This document shows, piece by piece, positions 26,987 through 39,632 of a DNA stretch of 64,000 bases. A program made the position numbers and the translations under genes. Under the pieces are notes generated by a model. That model saw nothing but the letters and a program-made list of their open reading frames with translations, searched no databases and had not been told where the DNA came from. How positions within the stretch are numbered: the stretch's first letter is position 1; each line of letters starts with the position of its first letter. Source of the stretch: Lama glama (taxonomy: Eukaryota); assembly GCA_028534125.1 (NCBI GenBank), contig CM052817.1, positions 45,138,001 to 45,202,000 on the forward strand, in the 5' to 3' direction.

Positions 26987-27043
26987 ATGTCCCAGCGTGT
27001 GAGTCTTCTGGTCTTTCTCCTTGGAGTTCTCACTTCTCAGATG
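26987..27043 (+). CDS. Gene B exon 2 (exon starts 26978): hydrophobic leader MSQRVSLLVFLLGVLTSQM
   Basis: Acceptor CTTGTGCTTCCAG|, AGCATG start, 19 codons, phase-0 donor ATG|GTGAGT. Confidence 0.75.
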
Positions 27044-27722
27044 GTGAGTAGCCCCTGATGTGTTCCTACTTCTTCCCCTTCCAGGGCTTCTAGATTTTCC
27101 CGTTGAAACACAAAGTCACATGACATCTGATTTCCCATACTCTGGACATAAGATTGACAATGTGATTCATTTTTCCCCATTGTTACATCCTTTTATATCT
27201 ATTTCCCTCTTTCAAGAAAGGATCTCATTTCACTTATGTTAAAATGAAGGTACTTAAGGGTAACTTCAGAATCAATAAATTTTCAGAAGTGATGTTTAAG
27301 TTACTGACTCTAAGGCAGGAAGAGAGAGAGACTAAATTGGTTAAAGGGAAGGTCCTTCTGCTCAGGAATAGCTCCACAACACATCCTACCCAGGAAAATA
27401 GTTATGTTTAGCTTTTTGTTTTAAGATGGAGTGAGAAGAGCCCATAGGTACAGAGGGAGTTGGAAAAGAATGACAGAGATCTGATTCAGAGTCTCCAACG
27501 TGCTGCTTACTTTGCCTGAAATATTTTTTCCTTCCACCCTACCCCGGAGCAGCGCTCCTCTTCCCCCAACACCTCTTAACTGCTAGTCATCCCTGAGAAC
27601 ACTTCCCTGACCCTCCCTCCCCAACCCCAGGAATGTTGGATCCTCCCAGACGCACTCCTGCATTCTCTGCTCTTCTTTATAGTGCTTCTAACCGTCCTAA
27701 CTGAATAATCCATGCCGTACTT

Positions 27723-27762
27723 AGAAGAGATCGGGCGCTTTCAGGGTGGTATGGCTGTAGAC
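27723..27762 (-). pseudogene. 3'-truncated 5S rRNA retrocopy (first ~40 nt)
   Basis: Reverse complement GTCTACAGCCATACCACCCTGAAAGCGCCCGATCTCTTCT; 16-bp imperfect direct repeats at 27709-27724 and 27763-27778. Confidence 0.9.
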
Positions 27763-28292
27763 TCCACACTGTACTTAGTTGTCTGATGTATGTCTTCCCC
27801 ACTGGAACTTGAGTTCTCAAGGACAGAGACACTGTCTTGTTCGATACTATGACCCCTGTGCCTGGCACATAGTGGGTGCTCAGTAAATGTATGAGTCACG
27901 AATGTTGAATGAACTTCCCATCATTGATGATGGTGTCCAGGGACTTTGTGAGCAAGGGTGAATCCTCTTCCTGTTCCTCTGTCTGCCTTCAGTAGGACCC
28001 GTCCCAGAAGCACAGGTCTTTTAAGACATATTAGCATGGCAGGAAGTGGGCATCTTCTGAACCCAGAACTGGGTGCAAGTACCCACTGCATCACTCACCA
28101 GGTCCTTATTACCTCCAGCAAGCCTCCCAGTCTCATCATTTATGAAATGGGTTGCTGAGAGAATCAGACGTGGTAACGTACATGGACTCCTTTGTGCCCT
28201 TATAAACACGGCTCCTTCTGGGGGTTCGTTTACATTCAATGGCATAAATCCAGGCCTGATCAAAGACTAAAGGTCCCACTGTGGAATTTCAG

Positions 28293-28307
28293 GTACCTTG
28301 CAGGCAG
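28293..28307 (+). CDS. Gene B candidate micro-exon VPCRQ
   Basis: TTTCAG|15 nt ending CAG|GTAGGT, phase 0/0, ACTAA branch-like motif upstream; weak pyrimidine tract. Confidence 0.4.
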
Positions 28308-28512
28308 GTAGGTAAGAATCAGGTAATAAAGGGTCTTCTCAGTGCCCCCAAATCATACTAAATTGGTGGCCACTACTATAAGACCCATCTCAAAGAAAAG
28401 ATCTTAAGAATAAAGGCACTGTAAGGAAAAATTGTGGAAGACTGAACTATAGTGACGTTCTGGCCAGTGTGGTTTTCTCAGTTACCTCCATCTTTGTCTT
28501 TAACAATTCTAG

Positions 28513-28530
28513 AATTCTGGAGAGATAAAC
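28513..28530 (+). CDS. Gene B micro-exon NSGEIN (S-x-E motif)
   Basis: Pyrimidine tract ...TTCTAG|, 18 nt, |GTAAGC, phase 0/0. Confidence 0.65.
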
Positions 28531-29422
28531 GTAAGCTTGTACAAAACTGATAGCAATGTAATTAACCCCTGTGCATAGAAATGCAAACTGTATCTGGTAG
28601 GATGCCTGTGGATATCGCCCAGGTGTGCCAGTTTTGTGCTACTTGTAAATTCATTTCGGGATCCCTACTCTGAGCATGAAGGTGTGGTGCTTTGAGTTCT
28701 CTTTTTCAACTGTTGTCACAGCTTGCCAGTTCCTTCATTAGTGAGCTAAATATAATCCTTGACACTTGTTCCTTTTATGTTTGTATAAGAATCATGGCTA
28801 CATTTTCTTTTTTAAAATACCCTTGAAACGCACATAGTAAAATAAAACACAGGTCCCTCTCCTCTTTCTAGCAGATGAAGAAATAAGGTTTAAGTGGTGG
28901 CAAAGTTGAAGTTAGACAGTTCAGCATTTCCTGTTTCATGAACTCATTCACTAAACCCTCCCTAGTGTCAAGACTAGGCTCAGTGCTTCCTTCTGGTCCT
29001 ACACGGGAGATTCAACAGGAAGTGCTTTGGGGACACCACATAGGGTCTAATACCCGGTGAGGCACCAGAGTTATCAGATGTGCTCGAAGCCACCTGTCCG
29101 AGTCTTCACCTCTTTTGGAGTAATTGTACCCCTTTGAGAATCTATGAAAACCCGGGATCTTCCATTCCCCATAACATGTACATTTTGCATAAGATTTCCA
29201 GCAGACCCTCTCGAAATTCATGGGCTTCTAGGCTTCAGGATCGCCCTGCAGGAAGGCCAACTATTAACCACTTCCTTATGAAACATAGAGAAATTTTGCT
29301 CACGTCAACGCCACTCTCTTGTCTCAGTGGATGATCAGGCACTCTCTTCCTGGCCTCCAACCAGCATTCTGAGTGGCCTCACAAGTTGGCTTCCTCACTG
29401 TCATTGAAATGTCACAAGTTGG

Positions 29423-29523
29423 GTATCTTAGAGGAGCCTGACAGATGGAATTTCTGGGTAAGATCTTCCTTATTCAGGAAATGAGAGGAAGAGGAAGGGA
29501 GGAAGGAGGGAGGGATGGAGAAA
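29423..29523 (+). repeat. 101-bp segment duplicated at 33886-33986
   Basis: Manual alignment: 5 substitutions, no indels. Confidence 0.9.
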
Positions 29524-30230
29524 AAAAAGAGGCGGCAGTGAGGGTGGAGCAGCCACTGAGGATGACTTTCTTATGATGTGAGGACATCAGGGCAACACCC
29601 ATATATATACAGTTAGCTTTTCCCCTTCCAGAATCCCAGGAATCCAGAAAATATCAGACTTCAATGTAACTCTCAATTGAAATATCTTTCCAATTTCCTG
29701 TTCTTCACACAAATCATCTTCAATATCTATATCCTTTTGCCATTCATGTATACTGGGCACTTTGTATTTATGAAGTAAAAGGTAAATTATTGATATCTAT
29801 TTATACATGTCCTTCTACGATTTTCCTTCCTTCAAAAAAATTATAACTATTTAGAATGGCATCCTAATCTGTTTTAACCTATGGCGCTGAATATGAAGCA
29901 TTGATATTATCAAGTGATGTGATTTCCTCTAGGAAAAAGAGCTACAGTAATTGTGTGCTTTCTCCTTGTCTGTAGTCATGCTTCATTTTCTTCTCCCCCA
30001 CATACACAGACACTTTCTTTTTTGCTTTTAAGTTGCTTCTAACCACCACTACCATCTTAGGAAAACAGCTTTTGGGGTCTTGACTGCCTGTGGTTGCAAC
30101 TGGGACCTCTTAGTGGAAATGCAATCATGGCCTCATAGAATATTAGAGTTGGAATGGAACTTGGAAATAATATTTTCAGTCTTTCTGCTATCAAGGACTC
30201 TTTTTTTTTTTTTTTTTTTTTGCTTTTTAG

Positions 30231-30257
30231 CTACAGCCAACTCTCCCTTTCTCAGAG
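30231..30257 (+). CDS. Gene B candidate exon LQPTLPFSE
   Basis: Very strong acceptor (T)nGCTTTTTAG|, 27 nt, weaker donor GAG|GTTGGA, phase 0/0. Confidence 0.5.
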
Positions 30258-32004
30258 GTTGGATATTTTAAGACTCCTGTCTACCAACTGCATTTTGAAT
30301 CTAATATTTCATCCATTTTCTTTGTTCCTCTTCATCAAACAGTCTCTTAATGGACAAGTTCAGTTTGGTTACTGGGCCTTAACAGGTTCATCAACTATGT
30401 CCCATCAATTTCTGTGTCAATCCACAGCCAGAGGTTCTAACTGTCAGGAGACCACATAAACACACAACGCAATCACTCCCCTTTTTCTCCCTCCATCACA
30501 AACCAAGAAGTTATTGGACTTTGAAATTCAGCTTAGGATCATTTAGTGCAGGAGTGAGTGGACCTAATCCCGAACACCCTCCTGGGGCTATCACAATATT
30601 GCAGTAGACGGATGGCATTCATAGAGGCCTGAGGTTATCAATAAAATGCAAATTGTGCTTAGTATGCTCCAGTTAAGATAACCTGGGAGTGTGCAACTTA
30701 CAGATGTTCCAAGAACAAATTTTAAAGTAAATAAATATTGACACTTTTACAGTCTGTAATCCAGATAATTAGTTTATGTTAACCTTATTTCCTAAGAGTG
30801 CAGAGACACACTTTTATATCTTACTTTGAAAGTATGAATGGAAGAATGGAATATTCTCAACCCTCATAAGGATAAGATATCCTAAGCTTTTCAGGCATTA
30901 CTGACTGCGGCAGGATGAGAGCATGTTTCTTTTTTTGGGTTAAATAATATATGCAGTATAATTATATGCCATTTACACATCCTATTTGAAGTTATTTTTG
31001 ATGTTTAAAATTCACTATAAAGTTATTTTTAAATGTCTTAATTTCTGTATGGACATTTCTGTCAAGGTAAAACTGGAACATTAGCCTTCCTTGGCAGTTA
31101 GCAAGAATACATCACTACTCTTTCTACCGGAAAAAGACAAAACATTGTATCCTGATGTTTGTTCTTCTACCTTTCAAATAATGTTTATGATGCTCATCAC
31201 AGAATTTATTTGTAATGGCAAAAACCAATCTAAATATCCACTGACAGGGACATCTCACACACGGGGATGCAAGCATACAGTGGAATATCATGTAACAGGT
31301 ACTGAGGAGGGGGACCGTGTTTAGTGCACTGGCACATGAGAAAAGGTAGGTGGCAGAACAGTGTCTAAAGTGTGAGCTCATGTGTATTTTTAAAAGACAC
31401 ATATTGTCTGTGTTCTGTATTGGAGATATAGAAACAGATGGGAATGGCTTATAGCTAAATGTTAATAAGGATTATCTCTGGAATATGGGAATAAAGAAGC
31501 TCTGAATGGTTTGAAATTTGTGTGTGTACACACACACCCACATACACACACATACACACATGTATATGTGTGTAAAGCAGGGAAAAAATGAATTTACTGG
31601 AAAACTAGAGGCCTGGGGGAAGGGATGAAAGAAGGCTTACTTTCACCATAAATCCTGTCCCTTCCACTGCCTTTCATTATTTTCATTTTTTTCCTTAAAA
31701 CTGATTTATGGAGAGACTAATTTTTAGTTTTATTTCAGACTGTAGAGATGCTTTACTAAACAATTAAAAATATGTGTGTGTGCTTCCTGATCCACTGGAT
31801 GAGAGGAATGAGAAAAGTGTTTTAAGTTAAAATCCTTTAAAAACTAATTTTTTCCTGATTATAAAATTTTGACAAGCTCATGGTAGGCAAATCAGAAATA
31901 ATAAAAAAACATAAAACACACAACACTGTAAATCAACTATATGTCGATTAAAAAAAAAAGAAAAAAAATCTATCCATAATATCACCATATGGTGGGGTAC
32001 TTTT

Positions 32005-32711
32005 TATTTAATTGTGGTATAGTCAGTTTACAATGTTGTGTCAGTTTCTGGTGTACAGCACAATTCTTCAGTCATACATGAATATATGTATATTCATTTT
32101 CATATTCTTTTTCACCATAAGCTACTACAAGATACTGAATATATTTCCCTGTGCTATACAGTATAAACATGTTTATTTATTTTATATATATCAGTCAGTA
32201 TCTGCAAATCTCGAACTCCCAGTTTATCCCTTCCAGCCCCGTCCCCTCTGGCAACCACAAGTCTGTATTCTATGTCTATGAGTCTGTTTCTGTTTTATAT
32301 ATAAGTTCATTTGTCTTTTTTTTTTTAAATTCCACATATGAGTGATATCGTATGGTATTTTTCTTTCTCTTTCTGGCTTACTTCACTTAGAATGACATTC
32401 TCTAGGGACATCCATGTTGCTGCAAATGGCATTGATTTATTCCTTTTTATGGCTGAGTAGTATTCCATTATATAAATATAACACAAGTTCTTAATCCAGT
32501 CATCTGTTGATGGACATTTAGGTTGTTTCCATGTCTTGGCTATTGTAAATAGTGCTGTAATGAACATTGGGGTGTAGGTGTCTTTTTGAATTAAGGTTGC
32601 CTCCAGATATACGCCCAGGAGTGGGATAGTTGGGTCATTTGGTAAGTCTATTTTTAGTCTTTTGAGGAATCTCCATACTGTTTTCCACAATGACTGCACC
32701 AAACTGCATTC
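32005..32711 (-). mobile_element. Relatively young 5'-truncated LINE-1 (ORF2 C-terminus plus 3' UTR)
   Basis: ORF 32325-32702 is the L1 ORF2 end; 15-bp TSD TGGTGGGGYACTTTT at 31990-32004 and 32712-32726. Confidence 0.9.
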
Positions 32712-33885
32712 TGGTGGGGCACTTTTATTCAGACTTTTTTCTATGCATTTTTGTTATCTCCCAGCTCAGTGTGGTTTTTTAGAAAACAAAAAACAAAACT
32801 GAGATCTAAATTAAATTGTGACTTTATCCTTAAAATCTCTCCCAGTCAGAAGTCCTTCCACAGTACCCTGGTCTGCAAGCATGCCAGAAACATTGTGGGA
32901 TGACTTTACTTCATAACCACTTTTTAATACTCTAATAGTTAAACGGTCTATTTTGTAACATTAATTGTATTTAATTATTGGAAGCCAAAACCACCACTTA
33001 AGTTATTTTAATAGATCCTTGTCATTTAAAAACAGCCTGGTGAAACAAAACAGGTGATCACACCAATTTCCTTGATGAAATTTGAGTAGAATGTCTTTTC
33101 CTGGAATCAGGAACACATTCTTATCTGCTTCTAGCTTTATAATTTAACTAACAAATTGAATCTGCTCCCTGCTCTGATAGTCTTGTAATGGTGTTTGGTT
33201 TAAATAATGTAATTTTAATCTGAAACTATAGTTACTGTGTGCTGTTAGGAAAACTAACACTTTAGGAGGTTATTTGGTATATTACAAGAATGCATTTCTT
33301 AAATTTCTATTTTTCTTCATATAGTAAACTTACACCATTGTGCTAAAGAAACCGCTCATCAAGGACTGCAACCACTCAGAGTTTTGCTTGAAGAACAGTG
33401 TAATACAAAAGTACAGGAATAACCAGGGTATAAAAATTTTTCCAGCTGTGAGATAAGTCTTCTGAAGTAGGAGCTGCCCTGTAATTTGAAAGATGTCAGG
33501 TTTTTAGGGCCAGTTTTAATTCCATATCCTTCTCTCTTCTTCGAGGACAGCAGCTTTATAAACACCTCTACTCTTATAGAAACTTTAGAGGATGCCTGAA
33601 AGAGAGTAAAAAATAGAAAGGATTTAATTAGTATTGGTGGAGTTTCAGAAAGAGGAGTACTTTCAGGCAAAGGGTATTCCCCCATTGAGAGAAAGCTTTA
33701 TCTACTCTTTCATACAACAGTTGATCAAATATGAAAGATTACTGAACTGATGTTCCCAAGAAACCCACCCTGTGAATCCATTCAATAAATCATAATAATG
33801 TTTTCCATGTTTACAAAGTCAGAACATTAATATCACTTTCAGGATCTTAAGCTCTGCATATTTTGGTTTTGTTTTCTCATCAGTT

Positions 33886-33986
33886 GTATCTTAGAGGAGC
33901 CTGACAGATGGAATTTCTGGATAAGATCTTCCTCATTCAGGAAATGAGAGGAAGAGGGAGGGAGGAAGGAGAGAGGGATGTAGAAA
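33886..33986 (+). repeat. Second copy of 29423-29523
   Basis: Manual alignment. Confidence 0.9.
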
Positions 33987-36900
33987 GGCCTTTTTCCTCT
34001 TCTAGCATTTTGTGGAACATTTTCAGAGTTTTAAATATATACCGCTGAGAACGCCCAACCTCCCACTTTTCTAATTACACATATGGATGTGACCAAATTG
34101 TCTAGCAGTATGGTCCACAAACACATTGAATTGATTTTTCCAAGTCACATTTGCCAATATCAGATGAGTTAGGCCTTTGTGTTATTTTAAAATACTTTTA
34201 AAAATATTAAAAATCCATCTTCTGGCACTCTTCACAACTATTAAACAAACCACTGGATACTTTTACAAAACGATAAGAGAGAGTAGGTGAGCATCGAGGA
34301 TGAATGTGTTCAGCCGAGGCCACTTATGAGGTCAGACTGTAGCCTTTTGAGATACAAATTATCCAATTTTTATAGCCAAGAATATTTTTCTTGGTATTCA
34401 TCCAAATTTGTATATTTGGTATGGCCTGCCTCTGGTCAAACACACCTATAGTGTTTTTAAGATAAAGATCTACTTTGCAAATCATCTGTGAGGGTAACTG
34501 GCAAAGCTGTTCAGCGGTGGAATTTCAGACTTACTGGGGCTTTGCCACTTTGTCTGAGAGCAGGGGTTAAAATGTACTTGTGACAACGAGGCCAGGGCAG
34601 GGTTCAAATACTGGCAGTACTATCTTTGGAACAGTCATTTTTTTTTTGTGGTTCTTAAGTGCATTCATCTCCTAGGACTGTTGCAACAAATTAGCTCAAA
34701 CTCAGTGACTTAGAAGAATAGAAATTTACACTCTCGGTGTCCAGGAGTCAGAAGTCAAGGTGTCAGCAGGGCCATACTCTCTCCAAAGGCTTTTGGGGAG
34801 AACCCTTGGGTTACATCTTCCAGATTCTGTTGGCTCTTGAAGTTCCTTGGTTGTGGCAGCATAATTCCAGTCTCCACCTTCATCTTCACACGGTCTGCTC
34901 CCCTGTTTCTCTGTGTCTTAAAACTCTCATTGGATTAAATCCTGGATGAACTCATCTTGGGATCCTCAATTATATCTGCCAAGGCCCTATTTCCAAATAA
35001 GGTTGCATTCACAGTACCAAGGGTTAGAACTGGTTTGTGTCTTTTTGGGGACATGGTTCAGTCTGCTGTACGTACATTTTTATCATACCCACCCCTCTCA
35101 TCTATCATAATGTGCTCCTTTCAGAGGACCTGGTGGTGGGTCAGAGGTGGCCAGGTCACGAGCTGATCATGATACATCTAAGACGGTCAGTCTTCTAGAA
35201 GACTTTTTTTTTTGAGAACAATTTAAATAATAATTTAAAAACATGTTAATATTACAATAAACATATCATGGCATGGAAAACAAACATGTGAAATTTTAAG
35301 ATGTAATGTGAGACTCCAGCATATTATTTTTAATTGAAGTATAGTTAATTTAAAATGTTGTGTTAGTTTCTGATGTATAGCATAGTGATTCATTTGTAAA
35401 TACATATATTCCTTTCCATATTCTTTTCCATTTTAGGTCATTACAAGATACTGAATGTGGTTCCCTGTGCTATACACTAGGACCTTGTTGTTTATCCATT
35501 TTGTATATAGTATTTACAAGGCTATCCATTTTATATATAGTAGTTAGTATCTGCAGCTCCCAAGTTCCCAACTTATCCCTCCCTTTCCCCCCAGCATAGT
35601 TTTCAGCTAGGTAATGGCTTTCTTGCTAGGCCTCTAGAAGAATGGCATTCACTCTTTTGCTGATGGGGTGCCTCAGAGTGAAAGTTTGGAATTTATCATC
35701 ACAGTTCCCATTATTCACCTGTTATTCACAAGCAACCTAGATGTTTATAACCTATAATTTGTCATTTTGTTAAGGTGGAAACTTTAATCGTGTGCTGCTA
35801 TAGACTGCTTAATGAGAACAAATTACTAACCTAGTGAGTCAGTCTGGCTGATCACCCAGCTTAGGTGACAGGACTGGGCAATATTGTTCTCTGGTTCTCA
35901 CCCATTCTGTGGGTAATGGGGTAAAATACAGGGTCATGTATGAATTTTAGAATTTGTACAAGTGATTTATTCAACCTATACTTACTGATCAATGGTATGG
36001 GGATACAAGAATAATCCCCCCAAAAAAGAATAAATTCTTGCTCTTTCCAAACAGGTATATAGAGAGATACATGTCTACTCTGAATCTAGAATTACTGGCA
36101 AATCTGAGCATACATGCCATCACTGCCCATTTGCTTAATCAGGATGGATATTGCTAATTGATCTTGGTGCTCTTTCCTCCTGAGCCCACATCTTAGTCTA
36201 CTCAGGTTGCCATAACAAAACACCATAGACTGGGTGGTTTAAACAATAACAATTGATTCTCACAGTGCTGGAGGCTGGGCAGTCCAAGATCAAGGTGCTG
36301 GCCAGTCCATTCCTGGTGAGGGCTCTCTTCCTGATTTGCAGATGACCATCTTGTTGTATCCTCATATGGCGGAGAGAAAGAGGAAGCAAGCTCTCCAGTG
36401 TCTCTTGTCATAAAAGCACCAGTGGGTTGGCGGGAGGGTATAGCTCAGTGGTAGAGCATATGCTTAGCATGTACGAGGTTCTGGATTCAATCCCCAGTAC
36501 CTCCATTAAAAAAAATCACCAATCTCATTCATGAGGGTGCCACCCTCATAATCTAATTACCTTGCAAAGGCCTCACCTCCAGTACTCTCACACTGGGGAC
36601 TAGGGTTTCAATATATGAATTTTAGTGGGACACAAGTATTTGGTTCATAGCAGCCCAGCTGTGGTTTCAGGAAAAAAAGGACATCTGTGCTTCCTGTAAG
36701 CCAACTCCATAGGGTTGGTATCAGGAATGAGAGTATATTTTTTTAAACACTGATTGTGATAATGTTACATTCAGAGCAATGTTTTCTATTAAAAAATTTT
36801 TTTTCATGAGATACTTTTGGCATCATTATTTACTTAAATTCATCCAAGGGTCTGAAAACATTTTGGAACATTACAAGATGTCACAAAGGGCCCAAATGTG

Positions 36901-37451
36901 AAGGTTTAGGTGGAAATCCCCTGAAGTTAAAAAAAGAAAAAGGAAATTTTAGCCAGTACACACGTGTAGGTGAAAGGTGTGTGTGTTGACGGAGAGGAGA
37001 TGAAAATCAAAAGTTGCCACTTGGCTTGCTCCCCGGGGTCTGGTTGAGGGTGTGTGTGGGTGGTGTCTGGGGCACATGGGCTTGAAGACCAACTTGGACT
37101 ATCTCTGAGGTCCCAGCAGAGGAGGAAGCTGGAATGGGAAGGCCAAGGTTGGCCCTGGCTGCAGGGCAGAGACCCACAGACACAAGGCAAGAGAGGATGT
37201 GGGGCCAGGGCTCCAGTAAGAAGGAGGGATGGTAACAGAGATGGCTTCTGGCCCTTGACTTGCCCTGAGTCTGTCTGCGGGTTTCCCATTTTATCTAAGA
37301 CATTATGTATCTTGCCAGAGCCACAAACTTAGTATATTTACTTTGAGCAGCTCTTCTCCAAGTTTTGAGTAGCATGTGTCCATTTGGAAAAGGAAGCAAC
37401 AGACCAAAAGAAAAAAGGGGTTCTAATACCACTTCCTTTTTCTGTTTGTAG

Positions 37452-37532
37452 AAAGGGGTGCTTGGTTTGTCAGACGAGAGCAGTAATAGCAGTCCTGGGT
37501 ACAGGAAAAGCTACTATGTAGTTCAGATGCTG
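37452..37532 (+). CDS. Gene B exon KGVLGLSDESSNSSPGYRKSYYVVQML
   Basis: Branch motif TTCTAAT, long pyrimidine tract, TTTGTAG|, 81 nt open frame, CTG|GTAAGT, phase 0/0; S-D-E motif. Confidence 0.8.
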
Positions 37533-38893
37533 GTAAGTCAATAGCATTTACCTTTCCTAAAAAAATTAAGTTGCTTTGGATCAGAGTCTCTTAATAGCGG
37601 CACTGATAGCTCTTGGAGCCAGACAAGTCTTTGTTGCTGGGTTGCCCTGTTCAGTGTAGGAGGTTTAGCAGCATCCCTGTCCTGTCCCCTTTAGATGCCA
37701 GCAGCACTCCTATTCTCCATATGTGACAACCAGTCATGACTCCAGACACTGGCAAACATTCCCTGGAGGGCACACTGCTCCCAGGTTAGAACCCTTGCTT
37801 CAGATAATTTACAAGAGAAATCCATACTTGAATTGTAGAAACTTAGCACTCTGGTCATATTTGAGGAACTGGTAAAATGTAAGTGGGTCTGAATTTTTCA
37901 AACCTCTTGTGTACTGAATCCAATTACAAATATTTTGTACTCAGTGAGAACAGGTTTTTTTTTTTTGCATATAATATTATTCTGTCAAACCAGAAAAATT
38001 CAGTATTAGGCTAAGTTTAGAAGATATAAAATTGAAACTAACCATTTGAATTCCAGTATCATCCTGAAGGAAATCCTAAGACTAAAATGCCACCTACCAC
38101 TATCAAAAAATTAATCACTTAGGGCATAATAACTAGGATATTTGCAGGCTCTCTTTCCTTAAAAGCTCCATGGCTCCCTTAGCAAGGCTAACAGAACTTG
38201 GGCTCAAGGAAAACTTTGACCTATTTGTATTTGCTTGTGGCACTGAACTATTCTAATAGGAAACTAGTGGTGAAAAATAGGTCAACAGAGACAAGAAGGA
38301 TATAAAAATACTAGGTCAAATGAAAGGACATTGATCAGTCATGGGGTATGTAGAATACAGCACAGTTGGGCCAGAAAGATTTTCTTTGTTGAAAATGTCC
38401 TACCATTGTGACACGCTGATAATAAGGGGGGAAAATATGCAAGGGCAGAAAATATCTAGCCCATCTTCACTGTTTAGTCAAAGCTCCAGCATGGAAGTGA
38501 CTCTGGTGGTGGGTGGAACGACCAGGATACAGCAGAGATCTGATACTGCAGGACCTTTCTACTTGGGGACATTGACATGGACCTGTCCCCAGGACTTGCT
38601 TCCCCATGCTCTAAGTTTGTGTCTCAGAGGACAGATGGCATTGAAAATGTAGGCCAGTCAGGCAAAAGCCAAACCGATTTCCCAGTTTAGCCCAATTTCA
38701 ACCACTCCTACCTGTTGCATGTCACCCCAGCCTCCGGCACTCCCTTTATCTCCTGCAGAAGTCATATGTATACCGCCCCCTAAAAAAAGATAGCTCTTTC
38801 AAGCCAAAACTGTCAATTAGTACTGGAGCCGCTGGTGTATTCCAGCCAGGAAGTACTTTCTCTGACTTGGTCTCTTTGTCTTTCTATTTACAG

Positions 38894-39325
38894 CCAATGC
38901 AAAGACTGAAAGAGGGACCAGAGGATGCTTATTACATGAAGGCAGTGCCCTTGCTGGCTGTGTGGCCTTCCAGTGTTTTTGGAGCGCCAGATATAATTAG
39001 GCCCACTGCCGGCACAGTGGCCCACATCCAGCCTCAGCCAGTGCCTGTCATTCATAGACAGAGTCCATCCACTCTGGCTCCTCCCTTAATGGGGAGCACA
39101 GCCCTGAGAGGCCCTGTCCTCACACTTTCCACAGAGTCCAAGACATCAAAGAGAAATGGAGAGGCCTCTGCACCTGGGAACCTGGGGGCCTACTGTGATG
39201 TGTCAGCCAGGTTTTCCCTGACACCCCAAGTTTTGACCACTCCAGGGCTCCCCAGAAAGGAAGCACTTCACAGCACGAGCTTCCCTACCTCCTCCCCAAC
39301 TAGGGAGCCCCGAGGAGACATGTAA
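38894..39325 (+). CDS. Gene B terminal exon, 143 aa Pro/Thr/Ser/Ala-rich, PMQRLKEGPEDAYY...SSPTREPRGDM*
   Basis: Strong acceptor TCTTTCTATTTACAG| in phase 0 with the longest N-free, non-L1 ORF in the track; not repeat-like. Confidence 0.8.
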   Translation, partial: PMQRLKEGPEDAYYMKAVPLLAVWPSSVFGAPDIIRPTAGTVAHIQPQPVPVIHRQSPSTLAPPLMGSTALRGPVLTLSTESKTSKRNGEASAPGNLGAYCDVSARFSLTPQVLTTPGLPRKEALHSTSFPTSSPTREPRGDM

Positions 39326-39626
39326 GCTTAAGTGCTCAGTAACGCCTTCTCTTGGAAGAAGGCCCGGACACACATCTGCCTGTGCTGCTGTGTGTGGAGA
39401 GCAACTTTCAAGGGAGATGTTCAAAGCTCAGGCGGTCCTGGTCCTGGTCCTGGTCTGTCACCCCTGATGATGTATCCTGAGAACCTGACTATTTTTATGA
39501 CAGGATCCACCTCACTCACTGACTCCTCTAGAAATGAAGTTCCTCTCCAAGATGCTTCACAGATGTAGCAAAGTGATATTGGCATGTACTCTACAACTCT
39601 GAGGCAGTTTCTCATTGTTACCTAAA

Positions 39627-39632
39627 AATAAA
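39627..39632 (+). terminator. Gene B polyadenylation signal AATAAA
   Basis: About 300 nt after the stop, followed by GT-rich AGTGTTTTTGTTTTT near 39668. Confidence 0.7.

Noticed and set aside
29432..29457. Candidate gene B exon AGGAGC...TCTGG|GTAAGA
   Set aside because: 26 nt (frameshifting) with a poor pyrimidine tract
29632..29665. Candidate gene B exon NPRNPENIRLQ
   Set aside because: Good acceptor but 34 nt to a weak donor, which breaks phase 0
32325..32702. 125-aa ORF as a host gene
   Set aside because: C-terminus of L1 ORF2
37839..37871. Candidate phase-0 exon KLSTLVIFEEL
   Set aside because: Weak acceptor and donor; left out of the model pending RNA data
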